This document shows, piece after piece, positions 8,300 through 17,641 of a stretch of DNA of 42,406 bases (positions within the stretch are counted from its first letter, which is position 1; the number at the start of each line of letters is the position of its first letter). The notes under the pieces are model-generated. The model saw only the letters and a program-made list of their open reading frames with translations. It had not been told where the DNA came from and ran no database searches. The stretch is taken from IMG/VR virus record IMGVR_UViG_3300040801_005514, positions 1 through 42,406 of that record. The stretch is one strand, 5' to 3'. The position numbers and the translations under genes are program-made. Origin of the DNA: a virus.

Positions 8300-9145
8300 C
8301 TATCTCTCTAATGTTTCTATTACGCTGTAAAAAGTACCTTGTTGAGAATCGCCTTGATGAGACACTTTTGATATCACATAATCTCCTGAAGCTATTTCTT
8401 GTGTGTTTTGTATGCGAATTTCTTGTTTTGGGCTTAATTTTGGATTAAGAAGTGTTGTGAAATTAACTCCTTTTCTTATTTTACCATCTTTTGTTTTCTC
8501 TTCAGTTATGGAGGGTGAGTTAATGAGTCCACTTGTAGGGGTGATAATGAATATCTCATTAGTAATTGGCTGAAAAGCTTTTGTGAGTGTTATCTCATTG
8601 TTTTGCACCGAAAAATCCACCCCATCACCTAAAACTTTTTTTAATATCTCTGAAGATGAGCCACTAAAACTTCCACCAGTTACCATCTCTTTTGCATCAT
8701 CGACAATGTCTTGTGGAAGACTTTTATTATCAAGATTTTTAAAAGAACTAAGCAGATCTTGAATAACAGTAGTTACTTTTGTTCCTTTTTTATAGCTTTT
8801 ATTAAATTCGGTATTCTGTAGATCCAACACACCATCACCGGACTCAATAGTTGTTATCCATTCTGTAGGACTTTTCTTATTTTCTATTTTATCAACATCA
8901 CCAGAAAAAATGATTTGAGTCTCGTCTCCATATCCTGCTTCGATAGTCAAAAAAAGATCTGTTTTTTCTTCTAAGTTTGACCTAGAATTAGGAGATAAAT
9001 TATAAATTACTAAAGTAGCTCTGTTCGGATTTTTTTCAGTAGTTTTTTCTACTTGAAATTGTATTCGTAAATTAGTAATCTGTATACGTGTACCAGTCCT
9101 CTCACCCACGGTTACTATTACTTTTCTATCAAATTGAAAAGCCAC
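8300..9145 (-). CDS. Baseplate hub protein (gpD/XkdQ-like), GTG start
   Basis: N-terminal pattern LRIQFQVEKTTEKNPNRATLVIYNLS is typical of hub/late-control-D-like proteins. The start codon is GTG (plus-strand cac at 9143-9145) and overlaps the upstream TAG by 1 nt. Confidence 0.5.
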   Translation of the reverse strand: MAFQFDRKVIVTVGERTGTRIQITNLRIQFQVEKTTEKNPNRATLVIYNLSPNSRSNLEEKTDLFLTIEAGYGDETQIIFSGDVDKIENKKSPTEWITTIESGDGVLDLQNTEFNKSYKKGTKVTTVIQDLLSSFKNLDNKSLPQDIVDDAKEMVTGGSFSGSSSEILKKVLGDGVDFSVQNNEITLTKAFQPITNEIFIITPTSGLINSPSITEEKTKDGKIRKGVNFTTLLNPKLSPKQEIRIQNTQEIASGDYVISKVSHQGDSQQGTFYSVIETLER

Positions 9146-9471
9146 TATATTATCTCCGTAGTAAAATACATTTTCAAGTTGTTTCCATAATCTTCTCTTA
9201 AAGGCTCCGTTAATTCTCCTGATTCTCTTGCAGTATATATACTCCCTTGTGGAAGTGTAGGTACTCTTGATCTGAAACGTCCTATAAGATCATTGTTCAA
9301 GACAATAGGAGTCTCACAAAGCAGCACATCATCCTCGGAATAGATATAAAAATGATAACGTTCTTCTCTTCCATTCCATATGAATTGGAGTCTAAACGTC
9401 TCATTTGCAAGATCGATACGATAATCATAGTTATTCAAATCATTTCTTAGAAGCAATTCAAAACTTGCCAT
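9145..9471 (-). CDS. Hypothetical tail/baseplate protein, 108 aa (possible plug protein)
   Basis: Position between the tape-measure-proximal protein and the hub. SD GGGGGA. Confidence 0.4.
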   Translation of the reverse strand: MASFELLLRNDLNNYDYRIDLANETFRLQFIWNGREERYHFYIYSEDDVLLCETPIVLNNDLIGRFRSRVPTLPQGSIYTARESGELTEPLREDYGNNLKMYFTTEII

Positions 9472-9472
9472 T

Positions 9473-10081
9473 TTATCCCCCTAATCCAGTTAAGCGTGAG
9501 AGAAAACTTCCTTGTGGCGCTCCTTCTTGAGCTGCAACGGAGGGTTCACTTGGAGAGGTTGTCTGCTTGCCTGTTTTTGTTAGACTAGTAGAATTGCTTG
9601 CATCTGTAGGCTCTATACGGTCCACAGTTATACTCTCCGTGGATACTGTTCTGAACTCCTTAAAATTAGCGGTAATCTGCTGACTGTCTCCACTAGTTGA
9701 ATTGCGGCCAATATTAACACCTGTACATATCAGACTTTCATAATCTTTATGCTTAGTAGAGATATTTACAATTGTAGCCCTATCCACAAGATTTTCAAAA
9801 AATTCCACAGCTGTAGTGACTCGATCAGCTTTACCAGCTACTTCAGTAATAGAAATGGGTTGGTTACTATATTCTACAGTGACACTATACTCTTTAGGTA
9901 CAACGTATTTATGGTCTGTTACAGGACTTCCAACTTCTACTGGATTTTCAGTCACTTGAACGGGCCAATTATGGCTTTCATTTATTAATAAATCAGGTGT
10001 AGAATTTGATACTTCTACACCATCTTCAATCTTTGCGATAGTGAGAAAAGGAGAATTAGAAAAAAGTATACTTATCGGCAT
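9473..10081 (-). CDS. Tail/baseplate protein following the tape measure (DNA-circulation or Dit-like position)
   Basis: Motif VQVTENPVEVGSPVTDH resembles the N-terminus of proteins encoded directly after tape measure genes. SD GGAG. Confidence 0.4.
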   Translation of the reverse strand: MPISILFSNSPFLTIAKIEDGVEVSNSTPDLLINESHNWPVQVTENPVEVGSPVTDHKYVVPKEYSVTVEYSNQPISITEVAGKADRVTTAVEFFENLVDRATIVNISTKHKDYESLICTGVNIGRNSTSGDSQQITANFKEFRTVSTESITVDRIEPTDASNSTSLTKTGKQTTSPSEPSVAAQEGAPQGSFLSRLTGLGG

Positions 10082-10093
10082 TTAAGAAACTCC

Positions 10094-11908
10094 TTAGTCA
10101 GAAAAAATAGGCTCATTATTTCTAGCAACTGTTTGTCCTATTTTTGTTATTTCTTTATTTATCAAATCAGCGATATTCTCTGCTTGATTGGCTCCTCCTA
10201 CAGATGCCCCACTCATAGTTATATTTATAGTTGGAGAAATCATTGTTTGGTTAGCACTGCTTTGATTATTAAATGTACTTGCATTGTTACTTATTGCCGG
10301 AGACTGAGAAATTGTTTGGCCCACATCCGCAAACGTCTGAGGTATGTTCTGCACAGGTGTGTCTTCTTTGGAAATGACTCCAGTAAATTTCAAAACATCA
10401 CCTACAAAAGAGTCACTGATAGTATCTTTTAGAGAATTAAAAGTATTTACAGCCAGATCTTTTAAACTTATAAGTCCTCTAGAAATAATACCAAAAGCAA
10501 CTTTCCAAGAGTCGGTGAAAGGACTGAATATATTACCAAGCAAGGTCATCCACTCGTCAAAAGCAGCAAAAAGCTCTCCGCGTAAAATAGCAGCTATTGT
10601 AGAAAATATAGAAGATACTAAGTTACTGAAAGTATTAAATGCATTGGATATAGCTTCTATCACAAAAATAAACATATCCCTGTACCAAGTGATAAAAGAT
10701 TGAGTAGTATCTCTACTGATACCAAAAAACTCAAGTACAAAAAACAATACCCCTTTCAAAAAGTCTTGGATACCTTGCATGATTTGTTCTTTGTTCTCTA
10801 AAAGATACCCAAGGAAAGAAGGCTTCCCGTCCATGAAAGCAAATAAGTCATCTATAATTAATACTAATGCAGCAACAGCAATTCCTATTAAAATAGGTAT
10901 CGCCATAGCTGCTATGTTCGTGAGTATGATTGCATTTCTCATTAGCATGAAGCCTTTTACAATCTGCATAATCCCCATAGCTAAAGAACCGGCTTGGTAC
11001 AAAAGAAACAAAGCGCCTAAAGTCTTCAGCACTGGAACCAGGCCGCCAACATTGCTAGTGAGAAAAGAAATAATTCTTGCTAAATGAGAAAAAGCAGTAC
11101 CCGCGATGTCCACAGTAGTAATCAGTCCTGAGACAAAATTACTAAGTCCTGTCTTAATAAGGTCTTGATTAGCTATAATAAGCTGTTTAAAGCTAGCTAA
11201 TAATTCAGTCATGACAGGGAATAACTTAGCACCAATTGTATTTTTTATTCCTGTAAAAGTTCCTAAAAGAGAATCTAAAGCGTCGTTGAAATTCGAGCCT
11301 GCGGCTATACTAGCATCATCCATTATCATGCCAAGATTTTCAGCCTCTGCTCCCATCGCTTCAATACCTGCCCGGCCTGCATTAAGCATAGGAATAAGTC
11401 TAGGTCCTGCCTCAGGACCGATAGCACGCATAGCGAGTTCTGTCTTTTTTATTCCGTCTGGCATCTTAGAAAAAACATCAGCAAGATCTAATAGGATTTC
11501 ATTAGAGTTTTTAAGACTTCCATCAGTGTTCTTAACCTCGATACCCATTGACGCGTAAACTTCTTGAGCCTCTTTATTGCCTTGGTTTAAAAGCTTTACT
11601 CTATCTGTAATTCTCGTTAATCCGATCGTCAAAAGTTGAAAATCACCACCCGACAGTTGGGATGCATAGGCAAGTTTTTGCAACTCGTCTCTAGCAACAC
11701 CTAGTCGCATTGAAGTGTCATCTATTTTATCAGCGTAATCAGCTGCGCTTTTTGTCGCTCCAAACATGGCTGCAGAGATACCAACAATAGCAGCGCCAAG
11801 GACAAGTGCGCTTTTCTTTGTTTTTTCTAGCCCTTGATCAAGGCTATCGAGCGCTTTATCATCTACTTGTACGCCTACTTTAACTAAAAGCTCTCTCAGG
11901 GTGGCCAT
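10094..11908 (-). CDS. Tail tape measure protein
   Basis: 604 aa between the chaperone and baseplate genes. N-terminal helical region (AADYADKIDDTSMRLGVARDELQKLAYASQLSG) and long hydrophobic central segments. Confidence 0.8.
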   Translation of the reverse strand: MATLRELLVKVGVQVDDKALDSLDQGLEKTKKSALVLGAAIVGISAAMFGATKSAADYADKIDDTSMRLGVARDELQKLAYASQLSGGDFQLLTIGLTRITDRVKLLNQGNKEAQEVYASMGIEVKNTDGSLKNSNEILLDLADVFSKMPDGIKKTELAMRAIGPEAGPRLIPMLNAGRAGIEAMGAEAENLGMIMDDASIAAGSNFNDALDSLLGTFTGIKNTIGAKLFPVMTELLASFKQLIIANQDLIKTGLSNFVSGLITTVDIAGTAFSHLARIISFLTSNVGGLVPVLKTLGALFLLYQAGSLAMGIMQIVKGFMLMRNAIILTNIAAMAIPILIGIAVAALVLIIDDLFAFMDGKPSFLGYLLENKEQIMQGIQDFLKGVLFFVLEFFGISRDTTQSFITWYRDMFIFVIEAISNAFNTFSNLVSSIFSTIAAILRGELFAAFDEWMTLLGNIFSPFTDSWKVAFGIISRGLISLKDLAVNTFNSLKDTISDSFVGDVLKFTGVISKEDTPVQNIPQTFADVGQTISQSPAISNNASTFNNQSSANQTMISPTINITMSGASVGGANQAENIADLINKEITKIGQTVARNNEPIFSD

Positions 11909-11913
11909 GGAAG

Positions 11914-12189
11914 TTATCTCCTTACGCTGCGTTCAAGTTCCAGACGTTGTTGTTGCCTTTCTTGCTCGGCTTCTTGTTCAGATATTATCGTGTTCATCTC
12001 CAGTATATCACTAAGACTAAAGTGCTGCTCGACTTCTGCTAAAGATGCCCTCTTAGAAAAAACTAACTTCCAAACGAGCATCTTATATACAGGAATATTT
12101 TTAATGCTACTTGGAGTTAGCTTACTCTCTTTTTCCGAACTGATTTTGTGCGGGTAGTCTTTTCGAAATTGTAAGAGCTGGACAAAAAA
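11914..12189 (-). CDS. -1 frame extension of the tail assembly chaperone (GT-like fusion product, about 228 aa when joined to 12599..12183)
   Basis: The -1 frame is open from 12225 to the TAA at 11914-11916 and fills the otherwise empty 208-nt gap before the tape measure ATG. It encodes ...KMLVWKLVFSKRASLAEVEQHFSLSDILEMNTIISEQEAEQERQQQRLELERSVRR. Confidence 0.5.
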   Translation of the reverse strand, partial: FFVQLLQFRKDYPHKISSEKESKLTPSSIKNIPVYKMLVWKLVFSKRASLAEVEQHFSLSDILEMNTIISEQEAEQERQQQRLELERSVRR

Positions 12190-12599
12190 GGGGTGATATA
12201 TGCCTTTATATACGAGCCCATGAGTTTAATTTGTCCAAAAGCATCGCCTTGAAATTCCAACTCCCAGTTAACTGTCTTAGCATCCCCCTCTTTAATAAAT
12301 TCCCTTGTTTTCAACCACAGTTCGATGAATTTATCTTGAGGGCAGTTCCTGAAGAAGCTTGAAATACCTTCTTCGAAATCAATATCAGCAAGACCTTCAA
12401 GCATCTTAGGATTATCCATCAAATTTGAAAAAGAAATAGAATCATCTTTAGAAAATGATTTTATAACTTTTGGCACCAATAAAGAAAAAGATGGAAGAAT
12501 GTATGCACCTACATCATAGGCATAACGCAGCGCCTCTGTGCCTGTCATTGGATAAAGAGAGTAGCTTTTTTCATTTACTATTGTTGTTTTTATAGCCAT
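12117..12599 (-). CDS. Tail assembly chaperone (G-like, frame 0 product)
   Basis: 160 aa between the tube and tape measure genes. It contains the slippery T_TTT_TTG at 12183-12189. Confidence 0.6.
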   Translation of the reverse strand: MAIKTTIVNEKSYSLYPMTGTEALRYAYDVGAYILPSFSLLVPKVIKSFSKDDSISFSNLMDNPKMLEGLADIDFEEGISSFFRNCPQDKFIELWLKTREFIKEGDAKTVNWELEFQGDAFGQIKLMGSYIKAYITPFLSSSYNFEKTTRTKSVRKKRVS

Positions 12600-12631
12600 A
12601 ATAATTTCCTTTTATAGCAATAAATTAAAAA

Positions 12632-13069
12632 TTATCCTACTTCTTGGCTTCCAGATTGAGCCATTGTAGGTCTCTTGCATGATAATACCCACGTAATCGC
12701 TGTATCCTCACGAGCTCGTACAAAGTCAGGATCTTTTTTCACCCAAACATACTCGCTCGCTGCTAAAGCAGCATCGCTTGAGGCATCCTTAATGAGTAAA
12801 GGTACGCCTCCTTCTCCTGTGAGCTCATCAGCCGTGAGCAGACCTTGGACAAATGTGTTTGATGAGGATGTTTGCATTAGAGTGAGAGTGAGTTCTCCTC
12901 TAAAGTCATTTGTCTTAGCCCTCATTTCTTCACCATCAGAGCCGCTTTTGTGCACCCACTGATCGCCGGTTCTCACCATCGAAATGAAAGTACCGTCTGC
13001 AAAGCCAGTAACAATATGTGCTCCTAAAATCACTGTTACTTTTTTAGGGTCGTATTGCTTAATTCCCAT
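12632..13069 (-). CDS. Tail tube protein (DUF3277-like)
   Basis: 145 aa. YDPKKVTVILGAHIVTGFADGTFISMVR...GELTLTLMQTSSSN matches the tube family pattern. It lies directly after the sheath gene. Confidence 0.65.
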   Translation of the reverse strand: MGIKQYDPKKVTVILGAHIVTGFADGTFISMVRTGDQWVHKSGSDGEEMRAKTNDFRGELTLTLMQTSSSNTFVQGLLTADELTGEGGVPLLIKDASSDAALAASEYVWVKKDPDFVRAREDTAITWVLSCKRPTMAQSGSQEVG

Positions 13070-13084
13070 AGTAAAGTCTCCTTT

Positions 13085-14401
13085 TTATCCGTTATTTATT
13101 CCAGTGATGTTCACACTGTGAATAGCACCTTGCTCATTGTACTCGAATGTCACATTGTTTAACTCTCTGTTAAGCCGTTCTTGCTCAGGCACCTCTGCTA
13201 GAGTTGGAAAATTGACGCTATAACCGGGTGCTATATAACCAACAATCACTCCATTATCAAGCACGCCTCGCACAACATTCTCCAGGGAAGATATTCCAGG
13301 ATCTGTGAAAGGTACTTTTTCTTCAGATACCAAAACACCATACACAGCTTCTAAAATTCTCGCTGCAAGCCAATCTTCACCTCGCACAGAATCAACAAAA
13401 AGACCTGATGCTACTTTTCCTTGTTCAATAATGTTAACACCGCCGACAGTCGTATATGTGTTTCCGTTCTTACCATGGACGCTGTTTTTCTCTGTAGCAG
13501 TTAACGCATCAACTTCAATACCTGCTAACGTTTTGAACTTCATTGTGTATGTGCCCGGGTCTTTTGGAAGTTCTACTCCAAACCAAGCTGCTTCTGCATA
13601 GTTGTTTGCGTCTGCGTTGTATATATTAATGACTCTTTTAAAACTCGATGCTTGAGATTCGCTCATCCAATCAGTAGTAGCAACTGGATCAAGATAATCT
13701 GCCGTACTAGCTGCAGTAGCTAAAAGGCCTCCATTAGTAGTTACCCAAGTAGCCGCTTGACGCCAGTCTTTAACAAGTCTAGAACCGAGAACAATGCCAT
13801 AAAAGTCACTGTCTTCTAAAGCAATTTCATTAAGCGCATCTTGATATGTTTCACCTTCAACAGTTAGATCGAACTCGGCTTGAGTGACCGTACCAGGAAC
13901 AACAATATTTGTAATTGTTAAAGAATAGCCTTCATTAGCTGTAATAGTTATTTTTAAATCAGCGCCAGCTGTACCAGAAGCAATAGCAGTAGCAACATCG
14001 GGCAAGTCTGCAATTGTTGACGCTAAATTACCAACCGTTGTATCTAGATCAGTGTCAAATATCTCGGAAATAGCCTGTCCATTCACGTCACAGTCAAGCG
14101 TCCCAGAACCCATAGCACCGTCAAAAAGGAACTCTCCAACATTTTGAACAGGTGTGTATATACCTATCTTGACTCTCTCCGGATTAGGTTCTTGTGCAAA
14201 GTAGTCATATGCTAGCAAGTACTCAATATCACTTGTTGAAAAGTCCGCTGCAACTTCAGTCAAGTTATTATATGTGCGTACTCTGTTGCCACCAAAAAAA
14301 CCATTTTCTCCCACAATGAGCATCGTCCCAAAGCCGGCCCGTGAGATTTGTTGCGCTGTACGTACTATGTTCACATTAACAATACCTGGTATACTAGCCA
14401 T
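13085..14401 (-). CDS. Contractile tail sheath protein (DUF3383-like)
   Basis: 438 aa upstream of the tube gene. The N-terminus IPGIVNVNIVRTAQQISRAGFGTMLIVG is typical of sheath proteins. Confidence 0.65.
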   Translation of the reverse strand: MASIPGIVNVNIVRTAQQISRAGFGTMLIVGENGFFGGNRVRTYNNLTEVAADFSTSDIEYLLAYDYFAQEPNPERVKIGIYTPVQNVGEFLFDGAMGSGTLDCDVNGQAISEIFDTDLDTTVGNLASTIADLPDVATAIASGTAGADLKITITANEGYSLTITNIVVPGTVTQAEFDLTVEGETYQDALNEIALEDSDFYGIVLGSRLVKDWRQAATWVTTNGGLLATAASTADYLDPVATTDWMSESQASSFKRVINIYNADANNYAEAAWFGVELPKDPGTYTMKFKTLAGIEVDALTATEKNSVHGKNGNTYTTVGGVNIIEQGKVASGLFVDSVRGEDWLAARILEAVYGVLVSEEKVPFTDPGISSLENVVRGVLDNGVIVGYIAPGYSVNFPTLAEVPEQERLNRELNNVTFEYNEQGAIHSVNITGINNG

Positions 14402-14422
14402 TTATTACCTCCAAAATTCTAA

Positions 14423-14941
14423 TCAAATCTTAATTGATCTTCCGTTAATTTCCACTGTATCAATATAGTTTACCAGCTCGTTGTTGCTGTAAACAAGATG
14501 AAGACTCACTTCAAAACGCGCCCTTTCTTCAAAACGAGAATCTTTAAGCGCTGTAAAATCTATTATATCACCTTGTGCGAAAATAGATGCTCCTGCCAAG
14601 TCGAACAAACTCGTTACAAATTCAAACTCAACTGTAGTGCGTATATTCTCTACTGCCTGTAGAGCACCAAAACCGTAAAAATCCAAAGAAAGTATAGCGC
14701 TGCCATGAAATCTGTGCTCAACATCAAGTTCGTTTTGTGTTGTATTATAGGATCTTTTTTTATCTGCAAAACCTTGAGGAGAAAGGTTTGTGATATCAAC
14801 AACAGCATAAAGCCCTAATGGACGCGGTCCATTTTCTTGAGCTCTAATAACTGGAATACCTTCGGTAGGGTCTTCATCTTGTTTTATATATTGTTTTACC
14901 CAAGTAACAGCAGCTGAATATACTTCATTAATATCAACCAT
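14423..14941 (-). CDS. Neck / tail terminator protein
   Basis: The track start at 14947 is TTG. An ATG at 14941 overlaps the upstream stop. The motif IRAQENGPRPLGLYAVVDI resembles tail-terminator families. Confidence 0.4.
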   Translation of the reverse strand: MVDINEVYSAAVTWVKQYIKQDEDPTEGIPVIRAQENGPRPLGLYAVVDITNLSPQGFADKKRSYNTTQNELDVEHRFHGSAILSLDFYGFGALQAVENIRTTVEFEFVTSLFDLAGASIFAQGDIIDFTALKDSRFEERARFEVSLHLVYSNNELVNYIDTVEINGRSIKI

Positions 14942-15296
14942 CGCCAAGCCTCCTCAATATAGCGCGATAAAAAGAAGTAGTCTTTACCCAATCACGAACT
15001 GCTACCACTTCAAAGTCCTGCTCTCTATAATTGATGATATCTGCGTTGGTCTCATTGTTGGGTGATGCTGTGAGAAGGGGCGTCGTTGTATACAGCTTCA
15101 TACCTTCATCCACTCGCCTGCCTTCTGGTAACATTCTAAGATCTTCTTGTGTAGCTGGTTGAATTGATCCTCGAATAGTTGTTTGTGTTTCCATACCTTC
15201 AATATATCTACCAGAAGAATCGTACTCTCCAGGAGTGTTTCTTTTAAGCGTCATATTTTCTGCAAATGTTTCTATTACTGCATCAGCCCAACTCAT
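14934..15296 (-). CDS. Head-closure / head-tail joining protein
   Basis: RGSIQPATQEDLRMLPEGRRVDEGMKLYT matches the head-tail joining (SPP1 gp16-like) pattern. Confidence 0.5.
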   Translation of the reverse strand: MSWADAVIETFAENMTLKRNTPGEYDSSGRYIEGMETQTTIRGSIQPATQEDLRMLPEGRRVDEGMKLYTTTPLLTASPNNETNADIINYREQDFEVVAVRDWVKTTSFYRAILRRLGDG

Positions 15297-15787
15297 GTAG
15301 AAGAACCTCTTTTTCTTACAGCTGTTTGTAAACTTTGTCTAAGCTGTCCGGTATCCATCAGAGGCTTGCTACTTTGGTCTTTTCGCTGCTCTACAGTACT
15401 TTCTTTAAGGTCGGGCCATTTAGGATCTCCTCCTCTATCAAATTGCTGATAAACATACGAAAGGGCTATTTCACCAAGTTTTCCTAGAGATTTTTTAGCG
15501 TCTTTTCCATTCAAAATGGATATATAAGCATTTTCTAAATATTTTGCTATTGATGTTTTATTACTATCCATAGCACTTCTCAAAAAAGATCTCTCAGGAA
15601 CTGTAGTACTACCAAACTCATGCACTGATGCTACAAGAACTACTTGGATAGGATTCTCATCACCTTTGTGTATCTCCGATGCTTTATTTCCCATAATCCC
15701 TATTACTGCTTCATGGTTTTTTAAAAAAAGATGATCTTCTAAAAGGTCGTCAAGTTTTTGTCTTTTTTCTTCAAATTTAACGCTCAT
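15293..15787 (-). CDS. HK97 gp10-family neck protein
   Basis: HEFGSTTVPERSFLRSAMD is the characteristic HK97-gp10-like motif. Confidence 0.55.
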   Translation of the reverse strand: MSVKFEEKRQKLDDLLEDHLFLKNHEAVIGIMGNKASEIHKGDENPIQVVLVASVHEFGSTTVPERSFLRSAMDSNKTSIAKYLENAYISILNGKDAKKSLGKLGEIALSYVYQQFDRGGDPKWPDLKESTVEQRKDQSSKPLMDTGQLRQSLQTAVRKRGSST

Positions 15788-16179
15788 AAGTAAACTCCAG
15801 AATTACCTAGTGTTACACTTACTACTTTTTCTTTTCTTAACTGCAGATAAGCACGACCATAAATAGTACTAGCTATCTCTGCGGATGCACCCACGGAGGG
15901 GTTATTTGGATTAGAACCGTAAGAAATAGATAAATCGCCTACTTTCTCAGCACTTATTGAGCCTTTTGTGCCTTGTCCAAAACCACCACCAGCTTCTGAA
16001 TTTTTGGCAACTGAAAGCATATGCGCTGCAAGATAAAAAATGACTAAAGCATAACTCGACTTAAAGACTTTCTCTGATACTCTTAACTCAGCAGCATTCA
16101 AGAATACTTCAATTCTTGCATCGCTTTCAGTTGCAAACTCAGGAAAGAATATTTTAAAATCTGCTACAGAAATAGCCAT
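15784..16179 (-). CDS. Head-tail connector protein (DUF4054-like)
   Basis: DFKIFFPEFATESDARIEVFLNAAE...YLAAHML pattern. Confidence 0.5.
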   Translation of the reverse strand: MAISVADFKIFFPEFATESDARIEVFLNAAELRVSEKVFKSSYALVIFYLAAHMLSVAKNSEAGGGFGQGTKGSISAEKVGDLSISYGSNPNNPSVGASAEIASTIYGRAYLQLRKEKVVSVTLGNSGVYL

Positions 16180-16189
16180 TCATTACCTC

Positions 16190-16645
16190 TTAATTATGTA
16201 AATGCTTAGCATTAATCTTCTCAAGCTGTTTACGAATAGCAGCAAGAACATTATTCTTCTCTGTTCGCTCTAGCTTTTTCAAAAACCTAATGTCAAAAAT
16301 CCGTTTTGCTTTACGAATTTTTTCTTTTTCATCAAGTCGACTAAAACTGTTTTGGCCATGGACGATTAATGATCCTTCATCTATTTTAGTTTGTACCATT
16401 GGGTTTTGTTCAAACTCTTGCCAATTAGCATAACGAACTTCATTAATTCCTGGATAGAGAACTATATTTTTGGCATGTTTACGTTTTTCTATATCATTGT
16501 AAACATAAACAATGTGGCCAAAAATATAATCTTCTTTATTATCCACAAGAACAACTTCTTTATTAGAAGTGCTGTCTTCCACGAATAAATCATTATCATC
16601 TAAAATAGAATCTTCGTTCTTAGATTTTGTTTTTTTATTACTCAT
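16190..16645 (-). CDS. Hypothetical protein, 151 aa
   Basis: ORF between the capsid and connector genes. No motif recognised. Confidence 0.5.
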   Translation of the reverse strand: MSNKKTKSKNEDSILDDNDLFVEDSTSNKEVVLVDNKEDYIFGHIVYVYNDIEKRKHAKNIVLYPGINEVRYANWQEFEQNPMVQTKIDEGSLIVHGQNSFSRLDEKEKIRKAKRIFDIRFLKKLERTEKNNVLAAIRKQLEKINAKHLHN

Positions 16646-16683
16646 TTTATTATCATCCTTCTTTGATAACGTTTAATAATATA

Positions 16684-17625
16684 TTATGGACGCCAGATGC
16701 CTTCTAAAAAAGCTATCGCTAATGGATAGTATACAACAACACCACCAGTAGATTGCTCTACTGGAACACTATATCCAAGTCCACGTTCTTGAGGAGCATG
16801 AATTACAAACTCCATAGGGATAACTAACTGTAAGTAATCAGGTGACTTTTTATAAGCCATCATCATGCCTGTATTATCATACCCAGCATTATCAAGTTCA
16901 GAAGCAACATGGACGTGTTTAATATGCGGATTGGCATTTAAAAACGCTTGAAGAATAGTGACTTTCTTATCATCATCAGCATACCTACTACGAACATGCA
17001 CATGTGCTTTATTAGAAAGTACAATAGCATCAACATCTTCAGTGCCAGACGTCAGCTCACTTGGAGTATTCACTACAACATTCATATCGGCGAGTACTTC
17101 ATCAACCGTCTTCTCATCCCAGAATGTAGAGCCACCAGCTCCCACACCGGCGGCTAGCCTAGGAATGTTTGCATTTTGTAAAATTCCTGGAATGTTATTA
17201 TCAGTGTCCCCAAAGAAAGCGACTCTATTTTCTTTTTCTGATACAGCGCGCCTAGCTGCAGTTGCTAATCTTGTCTCTAAAGGTCTGTTTGCTAACTTAG
17301 CACGCCTAATGTCTTTAAAGGAATACCTAAAAGACGCACCAATCTCCTTAACATTTGAAGTGAATTCTTTACCTGCAATATCAACAACAGGAAGATCATC
17401 AGCATAATTACTAATAATTTTCGCAATACCAAATGTATCAAATTGATGATAAGTAACCGTATTGGCGCCGTCATGAACTTCAAAATCCAAAGGGAAAATT
17501 TCTCTTGCTCTAAGTGGTACTTTTTTTATGTCGTAAGTTTTTGTCCTTACATGCTCTAGCTCCCTCAAGAAAAAAGCAGTGCTTTCTGCATCCATATTTA
17601 TTACTTTTTCTTTTTTTTCAAACAT
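16684..17625 (-). CDS. Major capsid protein (DUF2184-type)
   Basis: LRELEHVRTKTYDIKKVPLRAREIFPLDFEVHDGANTVTYHQFDTFGIAKIISNYADDLPVVD matches the DUF2184 capsid pattern. SD AAGGAG. The head module order is canonical. Confidence 0.7.
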   Translation of the reverse strand: MFEKKEKVINMDAESTAFFLRELEHVRTKTYDIKKVPLRAREIFPLDFEVHDGANTVTYHQFDTFGIAKIISNYADDLPVVDIAGKEFTSNVKEIGASFRYSFKDIRRAKLANRPLETRLATAARRAVSEKENRVAFFGDTDNNIPGILQNANIPRLAAGVGAGGSTFWDEKTVDEVLADMNVVVNTPSELTSGTEDVDAIVLSNKAHVHVRSRYADDDKKVTILQAFLNANPHIKHVHVASELDNAGYDNTGMMMAYKKSPDYLQLVIPMEFVIHAPQERGLGYSVPVEQSTGGVVVYYPLAIAFLEGIWRP

Positions 17626-17641
17626 CTATAGCTCCTTTTTA

